This document shows, piece by piece, positions 1 through 11,588 of a stretch of DNA of 64,000 bases (the first letter of the stretch is position 1; every line of letters begins with the position of its first letter). Origin of the DNA: Camelus ferus (Eukaryota). Location of the stretch: positions 5,828,001 to 5,892,000 of the forward strand of contig NC_045713.1 in NCBI RefSeq assembly GCF_009834535.1. The letters run 5' to 3'. Under the pieces are notes generated by a model. That model did not search any database. It was not told where the DNA came from and saw nothing but the letters and a program-made list of their open reading frames with translations. Position numbers and translations under genes: made by a program.

Positions 1-3000
1 CCGGATGGATGGGGCGCTTCTCCGCGGCTGCTAAGGGATGTGCACACAGACCCACCCAGGGTCCCCTGTGGATGAAAAGGGGCAGGCTCCCTGGGATCTG
101 CGCATCGCTCGGGCCTGGTATGACACTGGAGAGATTTTCCGTTCCCTGATCTAACTGATAGGAAGAGAGATACACATGGCAGCAGTGAAGGGAGGACCCA
201 GGAAAATCACTCGTCACCTAGAACCGCACTCGGAGGAGGCAGCGAACGTGAAGGCGCTGTAAGCCTCAAGTTTCCAATAATTCTTAGGAAGTTGGAAATC
301 ACACCTGACACCTGGAAAGCATCTGGCTGTCACAGAACACTTTTACGGTCATTTTCTTGTTTGAGCCTCGGGACAGTCCTGGGAGACAGTTGTGAGACGC
401 GGACCATGTTCCTTCCACAGAAGGGGAAACTCAAGCTCAGGGAGGTGGGGTGATGTGCCCAGGATTCCTGGCTGGTTAGTGGGCAGAGAGAACTCGACCC
501 CAAGTCTGTGAGATCAAGTGACCATCCTTCCAAAGAGGAAGGTGCCCCGAGGGGGCAGACTCTGTACCAGGACACTCTATTCAGCACAGGACCGCTCTCC
601 AACACGATCCTCCTTTACTAATGAAGGATGCTCAGGAGTCAGCCAGTGCTTAACAGCTAGTGAGCTGAAGATGGGAGAACCCCACGTTTTTGCCCTGGGT
701 GGGGGGGTTCTGCCTTTCTCCAGAGGCACAGCTGGTGGCCTAGCCACTGTGACTCATCGTGGGCCAGCGGGCCACTCAGCGAGGAGGCCACCACACACCT
801 GGTTATAACACAAACAGCAGGAGAGCGGCACCTGGGCCAGTTATGAGAGGCCCTGCAGCCAGCTCAACGTGCCGTCCACCATCAGATTTACGGACGGATC
901 TGAATGTAAAATCGGAGACTGCGGACACGGGGTTTACAGTACTGGTGAGGCCTTTGCCTTTACCATTAATTCAGCCCAAAGTGGAGAGACACTAAATGTT
1001 CTTCTGGCATCAATTCGGTCTTTATTTTTATTTCTCCTGCCTGAAAGGCACTTACTGTCCCCCTGCCGGGCACCAGTGGGCCACTTCCTCTAGGACCCTC
1101 GGGCCCCGCCGGGGTAGAAGCATCCGCGAGTCTGCTGGGCTTAGAAAAGATCACGGAAGATATTTCTGGTATGGACGCCAGCCTCACTTGTGAGACGGCT
1201 GCGAGGATTTAGTCTCCGGTTGAGGAATGCTAAACACCGAGCCCAGTGGATCAACAAGGGTATATGTTCAAGAGTTCACTTAATTTCCAAACACCAGAGC
1301 CAGTCATTTTTCAGACCACCCTTGGTTCCTGGAAACGAGGCCTCGGTTCACCGGGTCTCGGTTGGCGCGTCCACCAGGAGCCAGGACCGCCCTGAGATGC
1401 CAGCATCTTCGCAGGGTTTACAGAAGGCAGGCACCGGGGTGCGTGCAGAACAGTGTTTAACCCCAACACCATCCGTCACGTGAAATCCCGGCCGCGGGGC
1501 ACTGATTCTGTGTGCATGTACAGCTCACGGCTGCATCACTGCCTTCTCACTGGTGGTTTCTCGGTATTATTTTTATCAGTGTTAAAATATTTATATTAAA
1601 TTCGATTTCAAAAGCTATTTTGGGGAGATGGTTCCTTGTAAGTAGGAGCAGTAATAACACTAAAGAGTGAACATCCTCAGAACATTCTGGGTGCAGTTTT
1701 TTTTTTTAATCTCAGTGTCCCCTGGATATCTTCCCACTCCCCACCCCCTTACCTCTCCCTCTATGGCCTAGTGCTGGACAAATGGACTGAAGGAGGTAAC
1801 AGACAGTATGCCCATGGCCCCCTCCATGTCGAATGACAACTTGAACTTGAAAGAGAGGTCAGGGAAGCATTGACAAGAAGGAGGACCCCTGTGCGTGTAT
1901 AACATTCTATTAATGTTCACTCGTGTAGGTTTCCTGGCACAATTGCCAGTACAAAATGGTATTTTTAAAGAGCTAAGCTAGTATACTGCCCGTCATCCCT
2001 AAAACTTCAGTTGACAACTTTTCCAGGCCATTCCTTTTAAGAGGCCGGGACCCACTGTGTCTGCTTCGAATAAAATACAGTTTCCCTCCTTCGATTCAGC
2101 AAGGAATTCAGTGACATATAAAAAATAACATGCACATTATCAAGTGAATGGTAACTAGGCCCTTTAGACAAATTTTCAAAGCATTATATTGTAAATGAAA
2201 ACTCTGGCAATCTCATAATTATTCATTATGGCATGTATATTTAATTTAACACGATTAAAGGTTAATGCTTCAGTAGCAGAGCTGGTCACAGAATAAAGAA
2301 TGAACTGAATGTTCAAACATCTCTATGCATTAAACTTCAAACTTTACTACAGTACAGTTGAATGACTCACTGCCTACAGCATTTGAATACTGTTTTGGAT
2401 TATGTAAAAGGCATTGCTAAAGTACCTCTTAGGCTTAATTTTTATTACTTGTATTAAAGGAACAGCTAATTACCACATGACAATATAATGACTCTAGCAT
2501 GTTTGGGCTAGAGACCAAAACAATGAATTTCGGCATGCCAAACCCCAGCCTGCATGTTAATCTTGGGGAAATCATAGCTTTTTGTCTTGTTAATGATTTC
2601 CAATGCCATTTAAACCCCACACAAGTATTGTTAGGTCTTATTCTGAACGTCACAAGCCTCCGATCTCAGCAGCTCAATTAGGGAATTGTCTAGGGGAGGC
2701 AAGGGCACACACCCATATGTGGAACAGGAACACGCAAAATCCGGCAACCCATCTTCCCTGCCGCCTCCAAGTCAACGCACTTTCTTGCCAGTGCCATCCA
2801 CCAACGTGACAGACTTGCAAAGTGTTTTACAATCACCTAATAGTTCATTCCTAAAACACTCTTTGAGGCATTCTAGAGCTCATTATGCAACACAGGACGC
2901 AAAGAACGTTAGTTATAACAAACAATACAGTCACCTGTATTTATTCAGCACGGTCTCTGAAGTACATGTAACATTATCTCGCTAATTCCAGCCATCACGG

Positions 3001-3519
3001 CCAGAGGTCGGGGGAGGGGGCTCTGCCATGTGTCAGGCGCTGGCATCTCACCCAGGGACGGTGGGGGGAGAAGTCGGCCAGGCAAACAGGTGCGCCAAAG
3101 TCTAATTAAGATTTCTGCTTCCTGAACCAGCAGCCAACTAAATTATATTGTCTCTTCAAGTTCTACTATAACAAGTATTCCCTAAGCATCTATCCACTCT
3201 GGGTAAGACCTGAGTGAGGCACTGGGACAGACACTCAGCCAAGTCAGCTGGGACCAGCCTCAGAGCAGAGATAAACCATGTTCACAAATAAACAAGGTAA
3301 AGCAAGAAGGGCCAGATGAGAAACTGGGAAAGGGAGGTTTTTTTTTTTTTTTTTTTTTAAAGAGGAGGCTCTTTTTTTTTAAAAGAGTTTAGACCTGTGA
3401 AGAGGAGACAGTGGGGCAGTCAGTCCATGTGGAAAAAACAGCAGGTAGGGGAGCAAGAAGCAGGGAAGAGGAAGACACAGAAAAAGAACAGTTCTGCCTA
3501 ACTGCCGGCACCCACGCAC

Positions 3520-3900
3520 ACATCTTAGGACATCAGGGCTGTTCTAGGCGCTGGGGGAATACAGTGGTGAACAGGACAAATTCCTTGACATTCTACTGAT
3601 GTGAGGGAGACAAAGACAAAGAGCAAAACCAAACAAAACAACACTTTCAGTACTGCCACATGAGAAAACAGGGTGTGGAGAATGGGGACTGGGTGCTGGA
3701 GACAGATAGACAGGGAGGGCCTCCAAGGAGGTGACACTGGGATTGAGATCTGGATGTCGAAGAGGAGAGAAGGTGAAGACACATGGCAGAGGGCTCAGCA
3801 GTGCAAAGGTCCAGAGGCGGGAGTGAGCGTGGCAGATATGAGGCACAGGGAGAAGCTGGTGAGGCACAATGAAGGGAAGCGAAAGCAGCAAAGGACAAGT
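3520..3900 (-). mobile_element. L2 LINE fragment (3' region)
   Basis: gctgttctaggcgctgggggaatacagtggtgaacaggaca...ggagggcctccaaggaggtgaca...gcagtgcaaaggtcc resembles the reverse complement of the L2 3' region. Confidence 0.7.
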
Positions 3901-3919
3901 GGTCAGAGGGGGAAGCCTG

Positions 3920-4090
3920 TGCTCAATGATTTAAAGAAAAAGATGAACACAATTAAGGAGAGAAATAGAAGATATAAAGAAGAATCAAACTGAATTTCAG
4001 AGCTGACAACACAGTGTGTGCGGTGCCCTGTTGCACAGCAGGTAATACAACAGTCTCATAAAAATACAGTGTCTGAAGTGAGCTAGAGGA
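3920..4090 (+). mobile_element. L1 ORF1-region fragment (or HAL1-like)
   Basis: tgctcaatgatttaaagaaaaagatgaacac...ggagagaaatagaagatataaag resembles 6025-6120 inside the large L1. Confidence 0.6.
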
Positions 4091-4189
4091 CCAAATTTGG
4101 ATTCAGTTCTACTGATGGGAAAAACCATCAGAGAACAGGACTCGTGCAAGATGAGCCACTGGGGCATGGGAAGAAAACTGCAGTGGTCT

Positions 4190-5130
4190 AAACCACAGAG
4201 AGGTTTGTTGGTTTTCTAGTTGCAAAGTATTTAAGAGTTTTAAGCTTAAAGATGAGTTATACAATTTTCTTTTAAAAAGCTAAGTGTTCCAAATTAGCTG
4301 TCCTGTTCTGTGATGGCAGATGGCTATCAGTAATGTGCTGCCTGGCAGACATTTAGGAAAAAAATAAACACATAATCTACGTCTTTGAAGTAAATGTGAT
4401 GTTTTAATACTTAGTGGGGGGAAAAAAAAACTACATCTTGAATGAAACTCATCTACAGTGACAGCATTCTAAAAGCGGGTATTTGGACATGTTCCAATCA
4501 TCATACAAACTTATAGGCAAAGAAAACATTCTCCACAAAAATGTTTCCATGCCTCAGATCATAAGAGAGGGAGGACAGCACAATGGTTTACAGTGCGGGC
4601 CGGACGGCATACGGCATACGATCGAATCCCAGTGCTGCCACTTACCGGTTGTGCAACCTTACTTAGTATCTTTGTATCTCACTTCCATCATGTATAAATT
4701 TGGCAAAAGAATTGGTTCTATACCATGAGGTTGTTGTGAAGATCAACTAAGATAAGATGTGTATACACTTAGGAAACTGCCAGGCACGGAGCTGATACTC
4801 AATAAATGTTACCTATTATCAACCAACTCCAGCCTGATGAAGTCTTTACCAAAAGGAGTTTCAGATCAGTTGTTAATAATACAAAAAATACAGTATCTTC
4901 TGACTAGTTAGGAAGAAAAATCAAACCCCAGGGTAAACAGAAATTACCTAGCTGAATTTTAACTAATACTTTCTTATAACTGGTAGGCAGGTTTCAAAAA
5001 TATGAACCATATTTTTGTAAAATTAACTAATAATGTACTGCTTTGGTTTGGATCTATGTATCTTTGTGAGTTATCTTTTCCAGTCACTAATGACAGCCAT
5101 TAAAACCAAGAACAAAATTAACAAAACTTG
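4190..5130 (+). mobile_element. hAT-Charlie DNA transposon, degenerate transposase C-terminal region (interrupted by a MIR)
   Basis: aaccacagagaggtttgttggttttctagttgcaaagtatttaagag resembles a decayed HTEVRWLSRGKVLKR motif. tttggatctatgtatctttgtgagttatcttttcc...acagccattaaaaccaag resembles the FGSTYLCExxFS..IKTK dimerisation-domain motif of Charlie/Buster transposases. Confidence 0.75.
4574..4820 (+). mobile_element. MIR SINE
   Basis: acagcacaatggtttacagtgcggg...gaatcccagtgctgccacttacc...gaggttgttgtgaagatcaactaagataag...actcaataaatgttacctattat follows the MIR layout. Confidence 0.8.
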
Positions 5131-8100
5131 GAGATTTCCACTTCTAGCCATGATAGATTAACTGGTAGCGGACTTGCCCTCTGGCCATGAACAAGTAGAA
5201 TATTAGGCAATCTATACAAAACAACTGTTTACAGATACTGGACAGCCAGGCAAGCAGGATGAGAGGTGATCTCCGAGAGGAGGGGAACAAATAAGGTGAG
5301 CCCTATGACCACCCTGACTTTCTGGGAAACACTTTCTAGCAGCAGCACAGGGAAGGGGGAACCCAAGCAGATAGGCTTCTTGGGTTGAGAAGACAGAGAT
5401 CAGAAGATCGGGAGGCTGAGGTACCTGGAATTTATAGGGCAGAGCACTGGAAAGGAGGGAGATATGAAGAGAAAGAGTTAAAGAAATCTGCAGAGGAGTA
5501 ACCTAAAGTCTGTTGCTAAAAAATAAGGTGCATATATACACACAGGGTGAAACTCCACAAGGCTGGGCAAAAAACCACAAGGAAGGTCTAAGCAAATGAC
5601 TCCCAGAGTTTGCAGAGTGTTGGGAGGCTTTCTAGTTGCAACCAGCCAGGGAAGAGAGACTCATTGAATAGCCAGGGCATTCAGCAGAGACACCAGAGAG
5701 CCACACCAGAGGGGAGGGTTAAGCCAATCCTAAAGACAAGACTAGTCTAGACCCCCCCACCCCCGCAAAGCTTAAAAACATGTCTCAGAATAATTGAGTT
5801 GATCTGCAAATAATTTAACTACCTGTCCAAACAAATTTCAACACTTTTAAGAAAGACAACAAAATGCAGTTAATAATTACAATGTCCAACATCCAATCAA
5901 AAATTACTAGACATGCAAGGAAGCAGGATAATAAGGGGGGAAAGATCAGTGAATAAAAACAGAACCAGAAATGACAAGAAATAAAGGGAGTAGTTGACAA
6001 AGACTAAAACAGCTATTATAAATATGCTCAAGGATTTAAAGAAAAACATGAGGAGAGAAATAGAAGCTATAAAGAATCAGATGGAATTCTAGAGCTTAAA
6101 ATACAGTATCTGAAATGAAAAAAATTCCCTAGATTGGCTTAAACAGATTAGATACTGCAACTAAAAAAGCTCAGAGAACTCAAAGACATAGTCACAGAAA
6201 CTGTCTAAAAAGAAGCACAGAGAAGAGGCTAAAAAAAAAAAAGTTACTAAAATTCCAACCTGTGAAACAAGACCAAGCAATCTAACACACATGTCCCAGA
6301 AAGGGGCAAGGGATGTATCTGAAGGAACAGTACAAATTTGGTGAAAGCTTTAAGCCCCCAAATCCAAGAAACTCAACAAAATCCAAGCAGAATAAACACA
6401 AAGAAAGCCAACAAGCATAATCAGATTGCTGAAAAGAAGAATAAAAAGAAAATCTCAAAAGCCGGAGAAAAGAAGACCCACATAGGGGAGGAAAGATAAG
6501 GCTGATGGAGACCTCCTGACAGAAGCAAAGTCCCGACAGAAAAAACAGGAATGAAATCTGCCAACACACAGTTTTATACCCGACAAAAAATATCCTTCAA
6601 AAATGTGTGTGAGACAGACGTTTTCTGTTACTGTTTTATGATGAACAAAAGCTGGCAGAATTCATTGCCAGCATACCTACACTGAAAGGTATGTTAAAGG
6701 AGATGCTCCCGACTGAGAGAAACTGATGATGGAAAACTGGATGGACACAAAGGAATAAACACCACCAAAAATGGTAAATATATGGGTAAAAATGAAATAC
6801 TACTTTTCTCATTTTTAATTTCTTTAAAAGATAACTGACTATTTAAAAGCAAAACTACAACAATGGATTGTAAGGGCATAACATATGTAGAAATAAAATA
6901 AATAACAATACACAAAGGACAGGAAGGAGAAAAATGAAAGTGTACTGTAAGACTGTAAGATTCTTACATTGTATGAAGTGGTGTCATGTTATTTGATGGT
7001 GTAGTGTGGTAAAGATGCTTAATGTGAAACTCAGAGTAATCACTAAGAAAATAAAACAAAGAATTATAGCTAATAAGATAATTTGGGAGATAAAATAAGG
7101 TCACAAAAAATAAGCAAAATAAAGCAAGAAAGACACACAAAAACCAAGACAAGTAGAAAGCAAACAGCAAGACGGCAGGCTTAAACCTCTTTATCCATAC
7201 TTACACGAAACATAAAAGCTCTAACATTTCACTTAAAAGGCAGATTGTCAGACTGGATTTAAAAAACACGACATAGCTGTTTATAAGAAACATAACTTAA
7301 ATAAAACAACACAGATAGGTTAACAGGAAAAGATATAACCTGAACACAGTAATCAAAAGAAAGCTGGAGTGCCTATATCAAAATGAGACAAAGGAAACTT
7401 TAGTACAAGGAATATTAAGAAAAATAAAATCACTGTATAAAGTTAAGAATCAAATCATTGAGAAGATGTAACAATCCTAAAAGTATACATACTACGAAAC
7501 AAAGCTAAAAAACATGAATTAAAAACGCAAGTGAAGCAACTCCGTAATGATAAAGATTTCAAAACTGTTCTTGCCGATTAATAGTACAGTTAGATATAAA
7601 ATCAGTATGGATACAAAGGACTTGGACAATACCATTGACAAACTTGACCTAATTGACATTTACAAAACACTACATTTAACAACTACAGACACACATTCTC
7701 TTCAAGGGCACATGGAACACTCACCAAGATAGAACATATACTGGGCCATAAAACAAGTCTCAATAAATTTAAAAGAACAGAAATCATACAAAGCACATCT
7801 TCTGATCACAGTGGAATAAATCAAAGCCCCTAAGTCTACACTTTAAGAAACTCAAGAAAGAAAAGCACGTTAAACCCAAAGTAAAACTGATAAGCTTCCA
7901 GCTGGACTGATCGAGAAAAGAAAAAAGAAAAAGGAGAGAATTCACAAATCCCAAGATCAGGAATGAAAAAAGGGACATAACTATACATTCTACAGATATT
8001 TAAAAGGTAATGAAATCTCATCAACAACATTATGCCAATAAATTTGATAATTTACATGAAATGGATCATTCCTTGAAAAAATTCCAAAACTGACTCAAGA

Positions 8101-10550
8101 AGAAATGAAAAATCTTAATAGCCTTCTACCTTAAAGAAGTTAAATCTGTATTAAAAACTCTGTAACAACAACAACAAAAAAAAAAATCTGAGGCCTGGAT
8201 GGCTTCACTGGTGAACTAGAGATGTTTTAAGGAAGAAGTAATAGCAATCTTACCTAAACCATTTCAGCACTTCACAACTCATTTTAGGAGACCAGCACTA
8301 CTACCTTGATACCAAAATTCATAAAAAACATTAAAAGAAAAAAGAAAGGCAAAAAACTGCAGTGCCATACTCCTTATGAACTTAAATGCACAAATCCTTA
8401 ATAAAAATTTCAGCAAATTAAATCCAGCAAATTCTAAAAAGCACAATGCATCATAAATAAGACTTACCCCAGGAAGGCAAAGTTGGTTTAACATTAGAAA
8501 ATCAATCTATTTCACCATATTAAGAGAATGTGGAAGAAAATCATTTGATCATCTCAACAGATGCAGAAAAAAAAAAAGGACAGAATTCAATACCCACTTA
8601 TGACAAAAACTCTCAGCAAACTAGGAATATAAGGGAATTTTCCCAACCTTTTAAACCCCTACAGCTAATATCATACTTAATGGTGAAAGACTGAATGATT
8701 TCCCTAAGGTTGGGACCAGCACAAGGGTATTTGCTTTTTCTACTTCTTTTCAACATTGTACTGGAGGTCCTGGCCAGAAAAAAAGGAAGAAAAAGAAATA
8801 TATGACATTACAGATTGGAAGTCAATATGGATATAAGAAACTTGAATAAAACAATCAATTTGACCTGTTATTCACAGAATATTCCCATCCAACAACTGTA
8901 AAGTACATAATCTCTTCAAGGGCACAAGGAACATTCAGGATAGAACATTCTAGGGAATCTCCAAAAATACTTTCACAACTAGTAAGTAAGTTTTAAAAGG
9001 TCACAAAGATAATATTATTATATAAAAATCTATCATATTTCTATTTAAAAGCAACAAAGAATTGGAAAAGAAAATTACAAAAAAACCCATTCACTACAGC
9101 ATCCAGAAACATGACCCACTTAGGGATAAATTGAACACAGTATGTGCCAGGCTTGTATGCTGAAAACTATAAAATACTACTGAGGGAAATTAAAGAAGAC
9201 ATAAAGAAATATACCATGTTTGGACTGGAATAATCAATAGTGTTGAGTTGTCAATTTTCCTCAAATTGACCTATAGATATAGTGAAATCCAGATCAAAAT
9301 CCTGGCAGGCTTGTTTGTAAAAATTGACAAGTCAAGTCTAAAATTTACACAGAAACTAAATTAGCCAAAACAAGTTCGAAAAAGAAGACCAAAGATAAAG
9401 GACTTATACCACCTGATTTCAAGACTGATTATAAAGCTACAAGAATCAAGATAGTATGATATTAGTGTAAGGATAGACATACAGATCAATTAAATAAAAT
9501 AAAAGGTCCAGAGAAAAACCCTTCACACATGTACCATCCATTAATTTTCAATGAAACTCAACCCTTACCTCACACCATACATAAAAATTAACTCAAAATG
9601 TATCATAGGCCCACCTAAAAGGAAAGGATAAAACTATACAACTTCACTAAAAAAACATACAGGAGAAAAAAAATGTATGACCTTGGACTAGGCAATGATT
9701 TCTTAGAACATAAAAGGCAAGAACCAATAAAAGAAAAAAATTAATAAACTGGACTTTATTAAATTGAAAAACTGCTCTTCAAACGACAAGGAACTGGGAG
9801 AAAATAGTTTCAGTGCATACATTTGACAAAGGACTTGTATCTGGAATATATAAAAACTATAATTCAATAGTAAGCCAAACAACCCGTTTAAAAAAAATGG
9901 ACAAAAGATTCAAACAGACACTTTAGAAGTGAAGATCTATGAAGGTCCAAAAGCACATGAAAAAATATTCAGCATCATTAGTCATCAAAAAAATGCAAGT
10001 TAAAACAATGAAATATGCTTTACATTCATATAACGTCTAAAACTGAAAAGACTGACAACACCGAATGGTGGAGTAAGACACGGAGTAACTGGAACTCCCA
10101 CGTGGATTTGGGGGGGGGTGGGCAGTGAATGGCTGGCTATGAATGGTTTAGATTTTCTCATAATAGTAACAAATGGAAACAATCCAAATGTCCATCACCA
10201 TGTGGATGGGTAAGCAAATTGTTATATATCCACCTGGTGGAATACCACTCCCCAGTAAATGTGGATGAACAAACCCCAGCACTCCACGCTGAGTGAAGGA
10301 AGCCAGACGCGAGAGAGTACCTACCCAAGGGCTCCATTTATGCGAAATTCCAGAAATGACAAATCTAATCTAATCTAGACTGACAGAAAGCAGATCAGAG
10401 GTTGCTGGAGTTTGGGATCATAAGGGAACTTTCAAGGTGGTAGAAATGTTCTGTATCTTGGTTGTATGGTTGACCACACTGTCAAATTGTTCACTTAAAC
10501 TAGATGTGTGTTATATGAAAATTATGCCTCAATGAGGTTGATTTTGAAAT
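5130..10550 (+). mobile_element. Ancient near-full-length degenerate L1 (L1MC/MD-like; 5'UTR, ORF1, ORF2, 3'UTR), antisense to CUX1
   Basis: A-rich sequence with recognisable 5' end, ORF1 region (~5850-6900), endonuclease region (~7200-7800), RT and C-terminal regions, and a 3'UTR ending ...attatgcctcaatgaggttgatttt. Only short broken ORFs remain (e.g. 7547-7732 KDLDNTIDKLDLIDIYKTLH). Confidence 0.92.
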
Positions 10551-10559
10551 ATAAATTTT

Positions 10560-10794
10560 TAGTGAGAGCAAAGCTTTTTTTGTACTGCTAATAAAATGTA
10601 AATTTTAAGTCTTTTCTAGTCTTCCACATCCTTTAATTCTCTTTTAGTGTATGATTTGCAATGTATTTCATATAGCATTATAATGACCCATGTACATCAT
10701 TTAAATAAATAAGTTAACTGTTTATATTGGGAGTACAATTTTGAAATTTTTTTACTGTTGGGGGACATGAACAAAAGTAGCTCAAAGACCACTG
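10560..10794 (+). mobile_element. hAT-Charlie 3' terminal fragment ending in a TIR-like agaccactg
   Basis: tatattgggagtacaattttgaaatttttttactgttgggggacatgaacaaaagtagctcaaagaccactg resembles a Charlie right end. Confidence 0.6.
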
Positions 10795-10799
10795 ACCTG

Positions 10800-11330
10800 G
10801 ACCCGTGGGCTGCTGTGCAAAGGAGGGACAGAGGAGGTGGGGTAAATTTGGCAAGAGGTAACGGAGGCTTGGATGAGGGGTGGCTGACAGGACGAATGGT
10901 GGAATTCAGGGTATATTCTGAAGTCTGGGTTAGCAGACTTATTGATAGACTGGCTGTAAGGTGGAGGGAGGGAAAGAAATTCAGGGCGACACCTGACTTT
11001 GTGGCTTAAGCAACTGTGTGAAAGGTGATGACATTTACCTCCGGGGTGGGGGTGGGGGCATCAGCTGCTGTCTGGGATCACGTGGAGTTTGAGAGCCTTG
11101 CAGACATCAGAGTCGCCCAGGAGAGAAGGTAAATGGAGAAGAGAAAGGGCCGAGGCGAGTCCCAGGGCATCCCACACTTGGGAGTCCTGCAGAAGGAGCG
11201 CGGGTCTGAGGAGGAGGGGAACCAGGTGGGAGGTGGGTTCAGCGGACAAAGTGACTCAGAGGAGAGAGCGGCCAGTGGGGGTGCTGCAAGGCTGTTTCTG
11301 TTGGGGCCGTGGGATGCTGGGGATGCTTCC
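10800..11330 (-). mobile_element. L2 fragment, probably the continuation of the 3520-3900 element
   Basis: ggcaagaggtaacggaggcttggatgagggg...gtatattctgaag...gcttaagcaactgtgtgaaaggtgatgacattt matches the next, more 5' part of L2 in the same orientation. Confidence 0.7.
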
Positions 11331-11456
11331 GTATATGTTGTGAGGACTGCAAAGCCTAACGTCCCAAGATCCTAGCCTGCATGTGCACGGAGCCCCCGCC
11401 ACCGGCCAGAGGGTGGATGTGCCCCCGTGAGCGCCATCCCCGAGATGACATCAGAG

Positions 11457-11588
11457 NNNNNNNNNNNNNNNNNNNNNNNNNNNNNNNNNNNNNNNNNNNN
11501 NNNNNNNNNNNNNNNNNNNNNNNNNNNNNNNNNNNNNNNNNNNNNNNNNNNNNNNNNNNNNNNNNNNNNNNNNNNNNNNNNNNNNNNN
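11457..11588. other. Assembly gap (132 N)
   Basis: Run of N. Confidence 1.

Noticed and set aside
4181-4189. CAGTGGTCT as the left TIR matching AGACCACTG at 10786-10794
   Set aside because: The flanking 8-mers (gaaaactg vs acctggac) do not form a hAT TSD, and mid-transposase sequence follows directly. Probably coincidental.
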